Shown here piece by piece: positions 8,478-18,198 of a stretch of DNA of 32,683 nucleotides. The position numbers were made by a program, and so were the translations under genes. This stretch comes from Parcubacteria group bacterium (GTDB lineage: Bacteria; Patescibacteriota; Minisyncoccia; Phycocordibacterales; JACNGX01). The notes beneath the pieces were generated by a model. The model ran no database searches and was not told the DNA's origin. It saw only the letters and a program-made list of their open reading frames with translations. The stretch is from assembly GCA_014383885.1 (NCBI GenBank), contig JACNGX010000031.1, positions 1 to 32,683 of the forward strand, written 5' to 3'. Every line of letters begins with the position of its first letter. Position 1 is the stretch's first letter.

Positions 8478-8595
8478 TTTTTTAAGGGAGTTCCGCTTGC
8501 GCGCGCATGGGTGGGTTGGGGCAAGCGCAACATGATTTGTTTGTGCTATCCGTTGTGTGATAGCACAACCATTTTCCTTTTCGGTACAATTACGG

Positions 8596-9705
8596 GGCTT
8601 TGTTGAATAATTCCCGCTGACAAACGGAATCCCCCGTTTGTATCCGGGATTTATGCAACAACGTAGCTTTCCGGCATACCAAGCATCGTTATCCGATTGA
8701 GTGCCTTCAATCGGAGGAGAAGCGAAGAACGCTGATTTTCGAATGTTCGTGCCGATACCGTATCCCCGAAGACGGTCTTGTATCGAAACATCGCGGTTTC
8801 CGACAGACTCCGACGATGATACCCGCTCTCCTCTTTCCATCCCGATCGTCCATGCTTCCTGATCTGCCTCAGATTCTCATCTCATATATGACGATCTCCT
8901 TTTGTATTCCCGTGTTTCCAGATCTTCGCGTTCTTCTGCGGAGGGATGGTGAAAGTCGATACGTCCCGTTCTTTGAGTGCTAAATAGCACTGCCTCGTAT
9001 CATAGGCCCCGTCTCCGGAGCACTGGTCGATGTTCGTCTCTTCGGGAATGTGATCCAAAAGTACCGGGAGTATGGTTCCGTCATGGACATCGTTTCTGGT
9101 CACGTCTCCGACGATGATGTCTCCCGTCTTCTCGTCGGCGTCGATATGTAGCTTCAGCCAACTCCGGCGTTTACTCCATCCGTGCTTGCGCACTTTCCAC
9201 TCTCCTTCTCCACACACCTTGATACCCGTCGAATCGACCACGAGATGCAGGTCTTCTCGAATCGGACGGATACGGATATCGACGTTCAGTGTCTTGCCTC
9301 GGAGGGAGAGCGTGGAGTAGTCAGGAGACTGGCATGAGGAATCGAGTCTTGCAAGGATATCCGACATCAACCCCTCGGTCGACCGGAGTGGGAGACGGAG
9401 GATTTGTCCTAAAGTAAGCGTCGTCTCAATGGCGATATCGCTGAACTTCTTCGGTCTTCCTCTCTTCTTGTCCCGTTCCTGCTCTTCCCACTGTTGTAGT
9501 GCCTCATCGGTAATATGGAAGATAAGTCTTCCTCGGTTTACCAATGCTTCATTATATTCCTTCCAGTTCCTGACCTTGTACGTTTTCTTCTTCCCATTCT
9601 TCTTTTTCCCTTCTTTTGCTTTTTTTGGCATAGCGTTTATATTGCTTTTGCCTTCATTATAGCGGAAGAAGAGAGAATTGGGAGGGGGAATTATTCAACA
9701 ATGCC
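8596..9705 (-). mobile_element. IS5-family (IS903 group) insertion sequence
   Basis: 20-bp TIRs ggctttgttgaataattccc / gggaattattcaacaatgcc (1 mismatch; resemble IS903 GGCTTTGTTGAATAA); 9-bp duplication tacaattac at 8585-8593 and 9706-9714. Confidence 0.92.
8651..9631 (-). pseudogene. IS903-type DDE transposase with an in-frame premature TGA at 8882-8884
   Basis: YKVRNWKEYNEALVNRG, PDYSTL, VDSTG, DGAYD; the frame continues after TGA as DENLRQIRKHGRSGWKEESGYHRRSLSETAMFRYK...LGMPESYVVA*. Confidence 0.88.
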
Positions 9706-9931
9706 TACAATTACCACAAAACTCTTATCGAAGCCGACGAGCGAGCCACGCGAACACCGAGCAGGCATTGGCGAAGTATGAGCCAGCCAGTGTGAGGTAT
9801 TTCTCGTGAGCAAGCGGACTGACGATTTACCACAGGCGTAGCGCCTCGGGTCGGCGCAAGCGACGGAGAAAAAGGCGACTTACTGCCACCGTCATGCTAT
9901 ATTTTATTTACAAGCCTTTTTTGGAGTAGTG

Positions 9932-10196
9932 AAGCGACGAAAACAAAACCATAAAATTTCCTTTCAATTTTTTGCGGCTCCCCCCTGCACCCCCCCGCCG
10001 TTTTAAAAGGAAAGGTAAGGAAATTTTTGGTTTTGGTTCGCGACTGGAAGGAGCGCGAGGCGCGGATTGTCAGCATTGCCACAAAATCCGAGCGTACGAT
10101 TTGGTTCAAAGCCACCACGCGCTCCGCGCGTGCGAAGTTAATCAAAATCCTGTGGATTTTGTTCATACAATGTTCGAACTTCGTCCAGAAAACACC
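9932..10196 (-). repeat. right 265-bp inverted repeat
   Basis: Reverse complement of 3340-3604. Confidence 0.95.
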
Positions 10197-10418
10197 GCCC
10201 GTACAAAAATCAGCATCTTTTGAGATGCGATTTTTGTTGAGCGGAGAGGAGGAAGCCGACTGCTCGGCTTCCGTGAGGGATTCGAAAAGGTTCTCCCATA
10301 TTTTTGAGGAGCTTTGCTCCGAAAAAATGGGAAACCTGCACTGCTCCCGTAGGGAGAGAATCCCTCCGCACAAATAATGAGCCGGGCGCATGTCGCCCGG
10401 CGATTATATTTGTGCAGG
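10195..10418 (+). repeat. structured direct repeat, copy 2 (224 bp)
   Basis: Matches 3116-3341 with a few mostly hairpin-preserving changes. Confidence 0.93.
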
Positions 10419-10436
10419 AGAGTGAGGGATTCGAAC
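10417..10436 (-). repeat. inverted copy of the tRNA-Ser 3' end (20 bp)
   Basis: ggagagtgagggattcgaac is the reverse complement of 3098-3117. Confidence 0.9.
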
Positions 10437-10631
10437 GGCGGAGCAGCGGGTCCCCGCTTGCGGGGCTGCGAGCCGCGTCCAGGAGTACTTAGCGGATTGC
10501 GAGCTTTAGCGAAGCAATACGCTTAGTAACTCCGGGACGAATCCCTCCGCAAAACAATGAGCCGGGCGCATGTCGCTTTTTGACTCTTGTTGCGCTATGG
10601 AAATTTTTTCAGTAATCTGTATCATATTCGT

Positions 10632-11375
10632 ATGAACACTCCTCCCTTATACGATCTCAATACAATAAAGTATGCCGTGGATGATGGTATGTGGAAACGT
10701 GCCATCGCTCTCTACGAAGGTGGGAAGGTTGTGGATTTCAAAGAAACGGTAAACGAGTACACAGCGCGTGTGCTCGGTGGCTCACCGTATCGGGTGAGTG
10801 TTTCGAATAAATCTGTAGATCGTGGAGACTGCGATTGTTATATGGGTCAGCAAGACGAATTATGTAAGCATATGATTGCCGTCGCTGTGTATGCAGTGTG
10901 TGATGGGCGTCCTCTCGCTTTGGAAGAAAAACAACACATTTCCGAGCCGGTGTATTCAGGCATTGTGGGTGATATAACGGAGGAGGAGATGAAAGAACTG
11001 AAATGGAACATCAACGCCGGTATGCGGTGTATAAAATCATACGAAGGTCCGTCACGGACATGGTTTGCGTATCAGAACAAACTTGATGAGGGGTGCGCAC
11101 GAATAGCAACTGCAGTTGCGACAGTACCGGCGAATGCAAAGACGGCAAAGCTTTTGGTCAACACGCTTTTGAAGCTTGATACGAAACTGGCAACAGGTGG
11201 GGTGGATGACTCCAATGGTACGGTTGGGCATTGTATGAGTGGGATTGTTGAGGTGCTTTTGTCATTTGCTGATGCCGACCCTATGTGTATAAAAGTATTT
11301 AAGGTACTTGAAGGGAAGAAGACATGTTTTGAATGGCAGGAGCCGCTTGTACGATATATGAAAAATCGCGCGTAA
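10632..11375 (+). CDS. SWIM zinc-finger domain protein
   Basis: CDC-x8-CKH motif after 'A.V.GGSPYRV'; C-terminal GGVDDSNG. Confidence 0.8.
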   Translation: MNTPPLYDLNTIKYAVDDGMWKRAIALYEGGKVVDFKETVNEYTARVLGGSPYRVSVSNKSVDRGDCDCYMGQQDELCKHMIAVAVYAVCDGRPLALEEKQHISEPVYSGIVGDITEEEMKELKWNINAGMRCIKSYEGPSRTWFAYQNKLDEGCARIATAVATVPANAKTAKLLVNTLLKLDTKLATGGVDDSNGTVGHCMSGIVEVLLSFADADPMCIKVFKVLEGKKTCFEWQEPLVRYMKNRA

Positions 11376-11417
11376 CATGCTATACTGTTTTTATTATACG
11401 TTAATGTTATATATATC

Positions 11418-11816
11418 ATGAAAGGATACGTAGTAAACATTGAAGAAGCCACCAAAGAAAATGAGAATTTTCGTAAAGTATTGTACACGGCGCCGAATAG
11501 TCAGCTTGTGGTGATGGCGATTGCCTCGGGTGATGATATCGGTGAAGAGGTACATGAGCTTGATCAGTTTATTCGTCTTGAAGAGGGAAAAGGACAGGCG
11601 ATTTTGAACGATGAAGTGCATGAAATTGAAGACGACTGGGCAGTAGTGATTCCTGCCGGCGTGAAGCATAATATCGTAAACACCGGCGAGGGCGTGATGA
11701 AGCTCTATAGCGTGTATTCGCCAGCGGAACATAAAGATGGTACGATTCACGAGACGAAAGCCGATGCCATGGCACACGAAGAGCATTTTGATGGCGTGAT
11801 CACGGAGCAAGAATAA
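11418..11816 (+). CDS. cupin domain protein
   Basis: NENFRKVLYT, IGEEVH..DQF..EEG.G, IPAGVKHN, LYSVYSP.EH. Confidence 0.9.
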   Translation: MKGYVVNIEEATKENENFRKVLYTAPNSQLVVMAIASGDDIGEEVHELDQFIRLEEGKGQAILNDEVHEIEDDWAVVIPAGVKHNIVNTGEGVMKLYSVYSPAEHKDGTIHETKADAMAHEEHFDGVITEQE

Positions 11817-11836
11817 TAGTGTGAGAAGGAAGGATA

Positions 11837-11870
11837 AAAGCGGCGCGGTCCTAAAAGACCGCGCCGCTTT
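11837..11870. terminator. hairpin terminator
   Basis: aaagcggcgcggtc-ctaaaa-gaccgcgccgcttt. Confidence 0.65.
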
Positions 11871-11968
11871 GCTTTGTGGCTTTGTGTCCACGACTCGTGT
11901 TTCGTGGCATAGCAACAGCCGCCGGAATGCGCTTTGCGCATTCCGGCGGCTGTTGCTATACTTACCGT

Positions 11969-12832
11969 ATGAACATTAATGAGCTTGATAAAAATCAGAT
12001 TGTCCTCCTCGTTCTTTTGGTGAGTTTTGTCACGTCGATTGCAACCGGTATTGTGACGGTTACGCTCATGGATCAGGCGCCGCCGGGGATTACACAAACG
12101 ATTAACCGCGTGGTAGAGCGCACGGTGGAGACGGTTGAGAAGGTGGTGGTGGATGACTCGGGGACGACGAAGATCGAGGAAGTAATTGTGTCGGAAGAAA
12201 ATGCTATCGCCGACGCTGTTGCTGGCGCGACACCTTCACTGGTGCGTCTGTATACTAAAGTGGGAGAGACGGAGACATTTTCCGCACTTGCGTTTCCCGT
12301 ACCGGAATACGGAGTATTGGTGACGGATGCGGGTCTTGTTCTTGCCGACGGGCAGTATGACGCGCGTGATGGCGCGGGGCGCACCTATACGGCAGGTGTT
12401 ATTGCCGAAGATGGAGAGAATGGTATTGCAATCCTCCGTACATTCTCGGAAGGGGAGATGACGGTTGCCGTCCCTTTTGGGAATGAAACAAATTTCAAGC
12501 TCGGTCAGCGGGTGATTGCACTCGGAGGGAAAGAAACAAATGAAATCGCATCCGGTATGATTGTGAGCGATCCTACGCTTTCGCCGTTTTCAACAGATAT
12601 TATTCGCGGAAGCAGGTTTGTGGGCGGTATGGCACTCACTCTCGGGGGAAATGTTGCGGGTATGATACGGTCTCTTGAGGGGAGTGTTGTTATTGTCTCG
12701 CCATCGTCAATTCTTTCCGTAGTCCGCGCCACGCTTGGTATTGAAGAAGGGGGTAGTGAGCTTAGCGAAGAAACGCACGGTACGTCTCCCGAAGACGCTC
12801 TTTCTGCCGCGGTTGTTGAGGCGGTTGAGTAG
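11969..12832 (+). CDS. membrane-anchored trypsin-like (HtrA/S1C-like) protein, catalytic residues degenerate
   Basis: N-terminal TM; PSLVR, LVTD, IAIL, LGQRVIALG, ASGMI motifs; no GNSGG. Confidence 0.7.
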   Translation: MNINELDKNQIVLLVLLVSFVTSIATGIVTVTLMDQAPPGITQTINRVVERTVETVEKVVVDDSGTTKIEEVIVSEENAIADAVAGATPSLVRLYTKVGETETFSALAFPVPEYGVLVTDAGLVLADGQYDARDGAGRTYTAGVIAEDGENGIAILRTFSEGEMTVAVPFGNETNFKLGQRVIALGGKETNEIASGMIVSDPTLSPFSTDIIRGSRFVGGMALTLGGNVAGMIRSLEGSVVIVSPSSILSVVRATLGIEEGGSELSEETHGTSPEDALSAAVVEAVE

Positions 12833-12835
12833 ATA

Positions 12836-12864
12836 TTGACTCTCATAATAAAATATTGTAGACT
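12836..12864 (+). promoter_or_regulatory. sigma70-type promoter of clpB
   Basis: TTGACT-N17-TAGACT. Confidence 0.5.
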
Positions 12865-12935
12865 AAAAGCATATACAACGGTGCTTTTTGGATGTATATA
12901 TTTTTTAATTCTCTAATAGGTAGTCTCCTGAACAT

Positions 12936-15641
12936 ATGATGCCACCAATGAACAATTTCACTACGAAGGCGAAGGAAGCAATTCGTCGTGCTCATGAGCT
13001 TGCTATTGAGCGCGGGCAAAATCATGTCTCACCACTTCACCTTATGACCGCTCTTCTTCTAGAAGAAGAGGGTGTGATTATTGCCGCCCTCGAGCGCATG
13101 GAAGTGGATATCATTTTACTTTCTGATACGTTACTTGATGTAATTGAATCGGAAGGGAATGCGAGTGTGTTGTCGCCATCGTATCAGATTTACCTCACGC
13201 CGGAACTCGCGCAGGTTTTGGAAGCGTCGGTGCGTTTCGCTCAGCATATGAAGGATGAGTTTGTGTCCACGGAACATCTCTTTCTGGCGATGCTTGACGT
13301 GGCAAGTCCCGCGCGTGAAGTGATTGCCCGATTTCGTATTGATAAAGATGAGGTGATGCGGGTGGTTGAAGAGTTGCGAGATCAGCATATTACTGATGCA
13401 ACACCACCGAAGAAAGCACGTGCGCTTATGAAATACGCACGCAATCTCACGGCGCTCGCAGCTGAGGATAAGCTTGATCCGGTTATTGGTCGCGACAATG
13501 AGATTCGGCGTATCATGGAAATTCTCTCACGTCGCACGAAGAATAATCCGATTTTGATTGGTGAGCCGGGAGTGGGAAAAACGGCGATTGCCGAAGGACT
13601 CGCGGTGCGTATTGCCAAGGGTGATGCACCGGATAGCTTGAAAGATAAAGAAATTGTCGGACTTGATCTTGGTCTTCTCATTGCCGGAACAAAATTCCGC
13701 GGTGAGTTTGAGGAGCGTTTTAAGACGGTGATGAAAGAGGTGGAGCGTTCCGAGGGGAAAATCATTCTCTTTATCGATGAGCTTCACACGATTGTGGGCG
13801 CCGGTGCGGCTGAAGGGTCGATTGACGCTTCAAACATGTTGAAGCCCGCGCTCGCGCGCGGGGAACTCCGTGTGATCGGTGCTACCACGCTCAAAGAATA
13901 TCAAAAATATGTGGAGAAAGACGCGGCGCTCGCGCGCCGCTTCCAGCCGGTGTATATTGATGAGCCCTCGCTTATTGATACCACGGCGATTTTGCGTGGC
14001 CTTAAAGAAAAATATGAGCTGTATCATGGTGTGCGTATTACCGATGATGCAATTATCTCAGCTGTGGAGCTTTCCTCTCGCTACATTACCGGACGCTTTT
14101 TGCCGGACAAGGCGGTTGATCTCATTGATGAGGCGGCATCGTCACTGCGTATTTCACTCGAAAGTATGCCTCCTGAGCTTGAAGAAACACACCGCGCGGT
14201 GATGCGTTTGGAAGTGGAAAAAGAGGCGCTCAAGAAAGACACCGGCTCGGGTATTGATGCGACTGTGGTGAAGAAAGCGAAAATGCGCTTGCGTGCGATT
14301 GAAAAAGACATTGCCGATTTGAAAGAAAAAACGCGCGAGGTGGAGCTTAAATGGAAAAATGAAAAAGAACTTTTGAATGATATTCGCACGCTTAAAAAAA
14401 ATCTCGAGAGCTTGCGCTTGGAAGCCGAGAAGGCGGAACTTCATTCCGATTTGGGAACTGCCGCTGAAATCCTCTACGGTAAGATTCCGGTACTTGAAGG
14501 TGAACTTGCGACTAAGACAAAACGCTTGAAGGGTTTGCAGAAGCGCCGTCGTATTCTCAAAGAAGAAATCACCGAAGAAGAGATTGCTTCCGTGGTGGCG
14601 CGTTGGACTGGTGTGCCTGTCTCGCGCATGCTTGAAGAAGAGACGAAAAAACTCTCTCGCATGGAAGAGGAATTGCAGAAGCGCGTGATTGGTCAGGAGA
14701 TCGCGGTCAAAAAAGTGGCTGATGCGGTGAAGCGTTCGCGTGTGGGGGTAGGAGATCCGAATCGTCCGATTGGTTCATTCATGTTTCTCGGGCCGACAGG
14801 TGTTGGGAAAACCGAGCTCACCAAAGCACTTGCATCGTTTATGTTTGATGATGAGAAAGCGCTGGTGCGGGTTGATATGTCGGAATACATGGAGCGACAT
14901 TCCACCGCAAAGCTTCTTGGCGCGCCTCCTGGATATGTGGGGCATGAGGAGGCAGGGCAACTCACAGAAGCGATTCGACATCGTCCGTATTCGGTTGTGC
15001 TTTTTGATGAAATCGAGAAGGCACATCCGGAAGTGTTTAATGTGTTGTTACAAGTGTTGGATGAAGGGCAACTCACTGATTCCAAGGGAAGAAAAATCAA
15101 TTTCAAGAATACGATTGTGATCCTCACATCCAATATTGGCTCCGAGCATATCGATCGCATGCAGACGATTGGCTTTTCCAACGGTGATGAGAAGGAGGAA
15201 TACGACGACGCGAAAGACAAGGTGATGAACAGCTTGCGTGATCATTTTCGTCCGGAATTTTTGAATCGTCTCGATGATATTGTGCTTTTCAACATTCTTT
15301 CCAAGGAAACGGTGCGTGGTATTGTGGACGTGCAGATTGCTATTGCCGAGAAGCGACTCGCGGAAAAAGATATTGTGCTTTCGGTAACACCTCTTGCGCG
15401 GGAGCTTTTGGCGAAGAAGGGATATAATCCGCAATACGGAGCACGACCACTGAAACGTTTGATTCAGACCGACATCCTGACGCCGATTGCAAATGCTATG
15501 ATTGATGAGGGAATTATGAATGGCGGAAAAGTGACGGTGGATGTGAAAGGCGATGAATTGGTGGTGGCTGCTGAGGCGAAGAAGAAGACACGGAAAGCGG
15601 TGAAAAAACCGGAGGTAAAGAAAACAGCGAAGGTGGGATAA
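12936..15641 (+). CDS. clpB: ATP-dependent chaperone ClpB
   Basis: Clp N-domain, NBD1 GEPGVGKT / FIDELH, long coiled-coil M-domain, NBD2 [22 protein letters not shown]. Confidence 0.93.
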   Translation: MMPPMNNFTTKAKEAIRRAHELAIERGQNHVSPLHLMTALLLEEEGVIIAALERMEVDIILLSDTLLDVIESEGNASVLSPSYQIYLTPELAQVLEASVRFAQHMKDEFVSTEHLFLAMLDVASPAREVIARFRIDKDEVMRVVEELRDQHITDATPPKKARALMKYARNLTALAAEDKLDPVIGRDNEIRRIMEILSRRTKNNPILIGEPGVGKTAIAEGLAVRIAKGDAPDSLKDKEIVGLDLGLLIAGTKFRGEFEERFKTVMKEVERSEGKIILFIDELHTIVGAGAAEGSIDASNMLKPALARGELRVIGATTLKEYQKYVEKDAALARRFQPVYIDEPSLIDTTAILRGLKEKYELYHGVRITDDAIISAVELSSRYITGRFLPDKAVDLIDEAASSLRISLESMPPELEETHRAVMRLEVEKEALKKDTGSGIDATVVKKAKMRLRAIEKDIADLKEKTREVELKWKNEKELLNDIRTLKKNLESLRLEAEKAELHSDLGTAAEILYGKIPVLEGELATKTKRLKGLQKRRRILKEEITEEEIASVVARWTGVPVSRMLEEETKKLSRMEEELQKRVIGQEIAVKKVADAVKRSRVGVGDPNRPIGSFMFLGPTGVGKTELTKALASFMFDDEKALVRVDMSEYMERHSTAKLLGAPPGYVGHEEAGQLTEAIRHRPYSVVLFDEIEKAHPEVFNVLLQVLDEGQLTDSKGRKINFKNTIVILTSNIGSEHIDRMQTIGFSNGDEKEEYDDAKDKVMNSLRDHFRPEFLNRLDDIVLFNILSKETVRGIVDVQIAIAEKRLAEKDIVLSVTPLARELLAKKGYNPQYGARPLKRLIQTDILTPIANAMIDEGIMNGGKVTVDVKGDELVVAAEAKKKTRKAVKKPEVKKTAKVG

Positions 15642-15734
15642 ACACATAAAAAAAGAGAAGGTATGAAACGCGAGCCCTTCGGGCTCGCGTTTCTCTTGCG
15701 ACATATGAAAAACATGTTACAATATTCTCTACTT

Positions 15735-15818
15735 GCGTCGGTGGCGGAGTGGTCAATCGCAGCAGACTGTAAATCTGCCGGCTTTATGCCTACGTTGGTT
15801 CAAATCCAACCCGGCGCA
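15735..15818 (+). tRNA. tRNA-Tyr (GUA)
   Basis: GCGTCGG acceptor, GCAGA CT GTA AA TCTGC, variable arm, GTTGG TTCAAAT CCAAC. Confidence 0.95.
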
Positions 15819-15942
15819 CAGTAAAAAATCCCTGAAAGGGGATTTTCTGCTATACTATATCTGGTAATCTGGTACTCACAAGAGTGGAGGAGCCACTTGT
15901 GTACTCGTTTTCTCACTTACTAGCATTCTCACTTTCTAACAT

Positions 15943-16386
15943 ATGTCTATTATCACAGAGTTCAAAGAGTTTGCCGTGAAAGGTAATGCTATTGATATGG
16001 CTGTTGGTATCGTTATTGGGTCCGCATTTGGCACCATTGTCAATTCACTCGTCAACGATATCATCATGCCGCCAATTGGGCTTCTTCTCGGTGGTGTTGA
16101 CTTTACGAATCTGTTTGTGAATCTCTCTGGCGAGAAATATGCCACACTTACTCTTGCACAAGAGGCGGGTGTAGCAACCATCAATTACGGTCTTTTTGTG
16201 AATGCCCTCATTTCATTCCTCATTATTGCATGGGCACTTTTTATGATTGTGAAGATGATGAATAAGCTCAAGAAAGAAGAGCCGATGGCAGAAGAGACGC
16301 CGACAACGAAAGAATGTCCGTTCTGTAAGTCATCTATTCATATTGAGGCAACACGTTGCTCAGCGTGTACGGCGGAGTTGAATTAA
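15943..16386 (+). CDS. mscL: large-conductance mechanosensitive channel MscL with C-terminal zinc ribbon
   Basis: [33 protein letters not shown]; INYG.F.NALI.F; CPFC...CSAC. Confidence 0.96.
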   Translation: MSIITEFKEFAVKGNAIDMAVGIVIGSAFGTIVNSLVNDIIMPPIGLLLGGVDFTNLFVNLSGEKYATLTLAQEAGVATINYGLFVNALISFLIIAWALFMIVKMMNKLKKEEPMAEETPTTKECPFCKSSIHIEATRCSACTAELN

Positions 16387-16400
16387 AACGAGAGAAGAAA

Positions 16401-16449
16401 GAAAAGAAAAAGTCGTGGCTCCCGAAGGGAGCCACGACTTTTTCTTTTC
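16401..16449. terminator. bidirectional terminator-like hairpin
   Basis: gaaaagaaaaagtcgtggctccc-gaa-gggagccacgactttttcttttc. Confidence 0.75.
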
Positions 16450-16480
16450 GGAAAGACCTTGATGTTGTATGATAAAGGAA

Positions 16481-17260
16481 ATGAAAAAAGCGAATACAGT
16501 TACTCTTCTTGCCTATCTCCGCAAAACAGCAGCGTTTGTTTTTTTAATTGCGCTTCTTGCTATTACTGCCGATGTGTTGCGATTTGTGACGATTATCGTT
16601 GCGTCTCCCTCAATCGGTGTGGCAGGTACTGCGGGTGATCGTCCATACGAACGAGAAGTACCTGAAGCGGACATGCGAATTCTCATTGCCGGTGACAGCA
16701 CCGCTGTGGGTGTGGGAGCTTACACACCGAAAGAGACAATTGCCGGTATGTTTGCGAGTGATTTTCCCGATATTGCGATTAAAAATATTGCTGTTTCAGG
16801 TGCCAGGGTATCGGATGTAGTGGATCAGCTTGAAAGTGTGGAAGGGTGGTACGATATGGCGCTTGTGCAAGTTGGCGCCAATGATATTGTTCTTTTTTCC
16901 AACGGACGAGAAGTGAGAGAAAACACTGCACGCATGATGGATAGTGCACTACTTCGGAGCGATACGGTGATCGTTGTTGCACCATTTGACGTCGGCATTG
17001 TGCCGCTTATTCCGCGCTTTACCGTTCCTCTTTTTTCAATGCGCTCCGCCGATATTCTCTCTACGATGCGTGATATTGTAGAAGAGAAAGGAGGTATATT
17101 TATTGATTTGTATAAGAGTGATGAAGAAAAACAATTCGCATCCGATACTGATACCTTTTTCTCCGCCGATTCGTTTCATCCGAGCAGTGACGGCTATGCA
17201 CTTGCCTATGAACGCATCAAAAGAGAACTGTGCGAGCGTGAGATTGTATGTGTGGAATAA
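16481..17260 (+). CDS. SGNH/GDSL-family hydrolase, membrane-anchored
   Basis: GDST, SGA, GAND and DSFHP blocks; N-terminal TM. Confidence 0.9.
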   Translation: MKKANTVTLLAYLRKTAAFVFLIALLAITADVLRFVTIIVASPSIGVAGTAGDRPYEREVPEADMRILIAGDSTAVGVGAYTPKETIAGMFASDFPDIAIKNIAVSGARVSDVVDQLESVEGWYDMALVQVGANDIVLFSNGREVRENTARMMDSALLRSDTVIVVAPFDVGIVPLIPRFTVPLFSMRSADILSTMRDIVEEKGGIFIDLYKSDEEKQFASDTDTFFSADSFHPSSDGYALAYERIKRELCEREIVCVE

Positions 17261-17303
17261 TCGTGTTTGGTGTGGTATTGTATGATGATTGTAAGGGATA
17301 TAC

Positions 17304-17374
17304 GGGAGATTAGTTAAGTGGTATAACGGCGGTCTCCAAAACCGCGGTCGGGGGTTCGATTCCCTCATCTCCCG
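17304..17374 (+). tRNA. tRNA-Trp (CCA)
   Basis: GGGAGAT acceptor, GCGGT CT CCA AA ACCGC, GGGGG TTCGATT CCCTC. Confidence 0.95.
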
Positions 17375-17380
17375 CTTGAG

Positions 17381-17436
17381 AAAACACACACGCCGCGTTT
17401 CGCCCTTTAACGGGCGAAACGCGGCGTGTGTGTTTT
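17381..17436. terminator. 25-bp-arm hairpin after tRNA-Trp
   Basis: aaaacacacacgccgcgtttcgccc-tttaac-gggcgaaacgcggcgtgtgtgtttt. Confidence 0.7.
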
Positions 17437-17511
17437 TTATTTGCGTCAATCAAACGTATGGTGTATAACAGAAGAAGAATAATCAAAAACTGAATAAATA
17501 AGGGGAACGAG

Positions 17512-18102
17512 ATGAGGAAAAAGAAAAAATCGATTCCCATTCATATTCGGGATACGTTCGGACGATGGGAAGTTGTTCGAGAAATTCCCGGAAGCAGAAG
17601 GGGAAAGAAATATCTCTGCAAGTGCGAGTGTGGCACTGAACGCCCTGTGCTTGCTTCAAGCCTGCGCTCAAAAAGGTCCCGGAGTTGTGGGTGCGCAAAA
17701 GTAAAACACGGTATGAGTTATTCCAAAGTATATCGTGCATGGGTTGATATGATTCAGCGATGTGTCAACAAGTATCATACTGCATATCCCGATTACGGAG
17801 AGCGCGACGTACAAGTGTGTGACGAATGGAGAAAAAATTTTAAGTTATTTTATATCTATATTGGCGCCCCTCCTGATGAAGAAGATCATTGGAGTATTGA
17901 CCGAATAGATGTTAACGGGAATTACGAACCCGGGAATGTTCGCTGGGCAACGGCGAAAGAACAGGCGAATAATCGTCGACCGCCGAAAAAGCACTCCGCT
18001 AGACGACGGAATCAGTACGTTCCTACGCAAGAACAGCATGACGATGCAGCGAGAGTCACGGACATTCTTGATGGCATCCCAAGAGAATATGCTCCTTTTT
18101 GA
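17512..18102 (+). CDS. phage-type HNH-like (homing) endonuclease
   Basis: CKCECG...SCGC, HGMS, W..MIQRC, YPDYG.R...VCDEW, SIDRIDVNGNYEPGNVRWAT..EQANN. Confidence 0.8.
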   Translation: MRKKKKSIPIHIRDTFGRWEVVREIPGSRRGKKYLCKCECGTERPVLASSLRSKRSRSCGCAKVKHGMSYSKVYRAWVDMIQRCVNKYHTAYPDYGERDVQVCDEWRKNFKLFYIYIGAPPDEEDHWSIDRIDVNGNYEPGNVRWATAKEQANNRRPPKKHSARRRNQYVPTQEQHDDAARVTDILDGIPREYAPF

Positions 18103-18198
18103 GATCCCGCTCTAGTGGCGGGGTTTTTTTGTTTGAAGAGATCAGCCACGCGAAAAGACCCTCCAAGGGTCTTTTCGCGTGGCTGATATGTGTTGGTA

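Larger units (their letters stand above)
3098..10436. mobile_element. tRNA-Ser-anchored non-autonomous defence island with nested inverted and direct repeats
   Basis: Order: tRNA 3' 20-mer / DR / IR / AT-rich RM+ATPase cargo / IR / DR / inverted tRNA 3' 20-mer; no integrase inside. Confidence 0.8.

Noticed and set aside
8882-8884. TGA recoding (genetic code 25) to explain transposase read-through
   Set aside because: TGA is the evident stop of pheS, the Dam methylase, M2 and GT2, and no core gene has internal TGA.
3340-10196. Composite transposon or Tn7-like element (ends read TGT...ACA)
   Set aside because: No transposase in the IRs, no 5-bp target duplication, no visible repeated transposase-binding sites; kept only as an alternative hypothesis.
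14693-15704. Long antisense ORFs opposite clpB (likewise opposite rpsB, tsf, prfA, pheT)
   Set aside because: Shadow frames of conserved genes with no independent coding signal.
15869-15896. CIRCE-like operator upstream of mscL
   Set aside because: The right half-site is too degenerate from TTAGCACTC-N9-GAGTGCTAA.
16300-16386. MscL zinc-ribbon tail as a novelty
   Set aside because: This C-terminal CxxC...CxxC extension is a commonly seen MscL variant.
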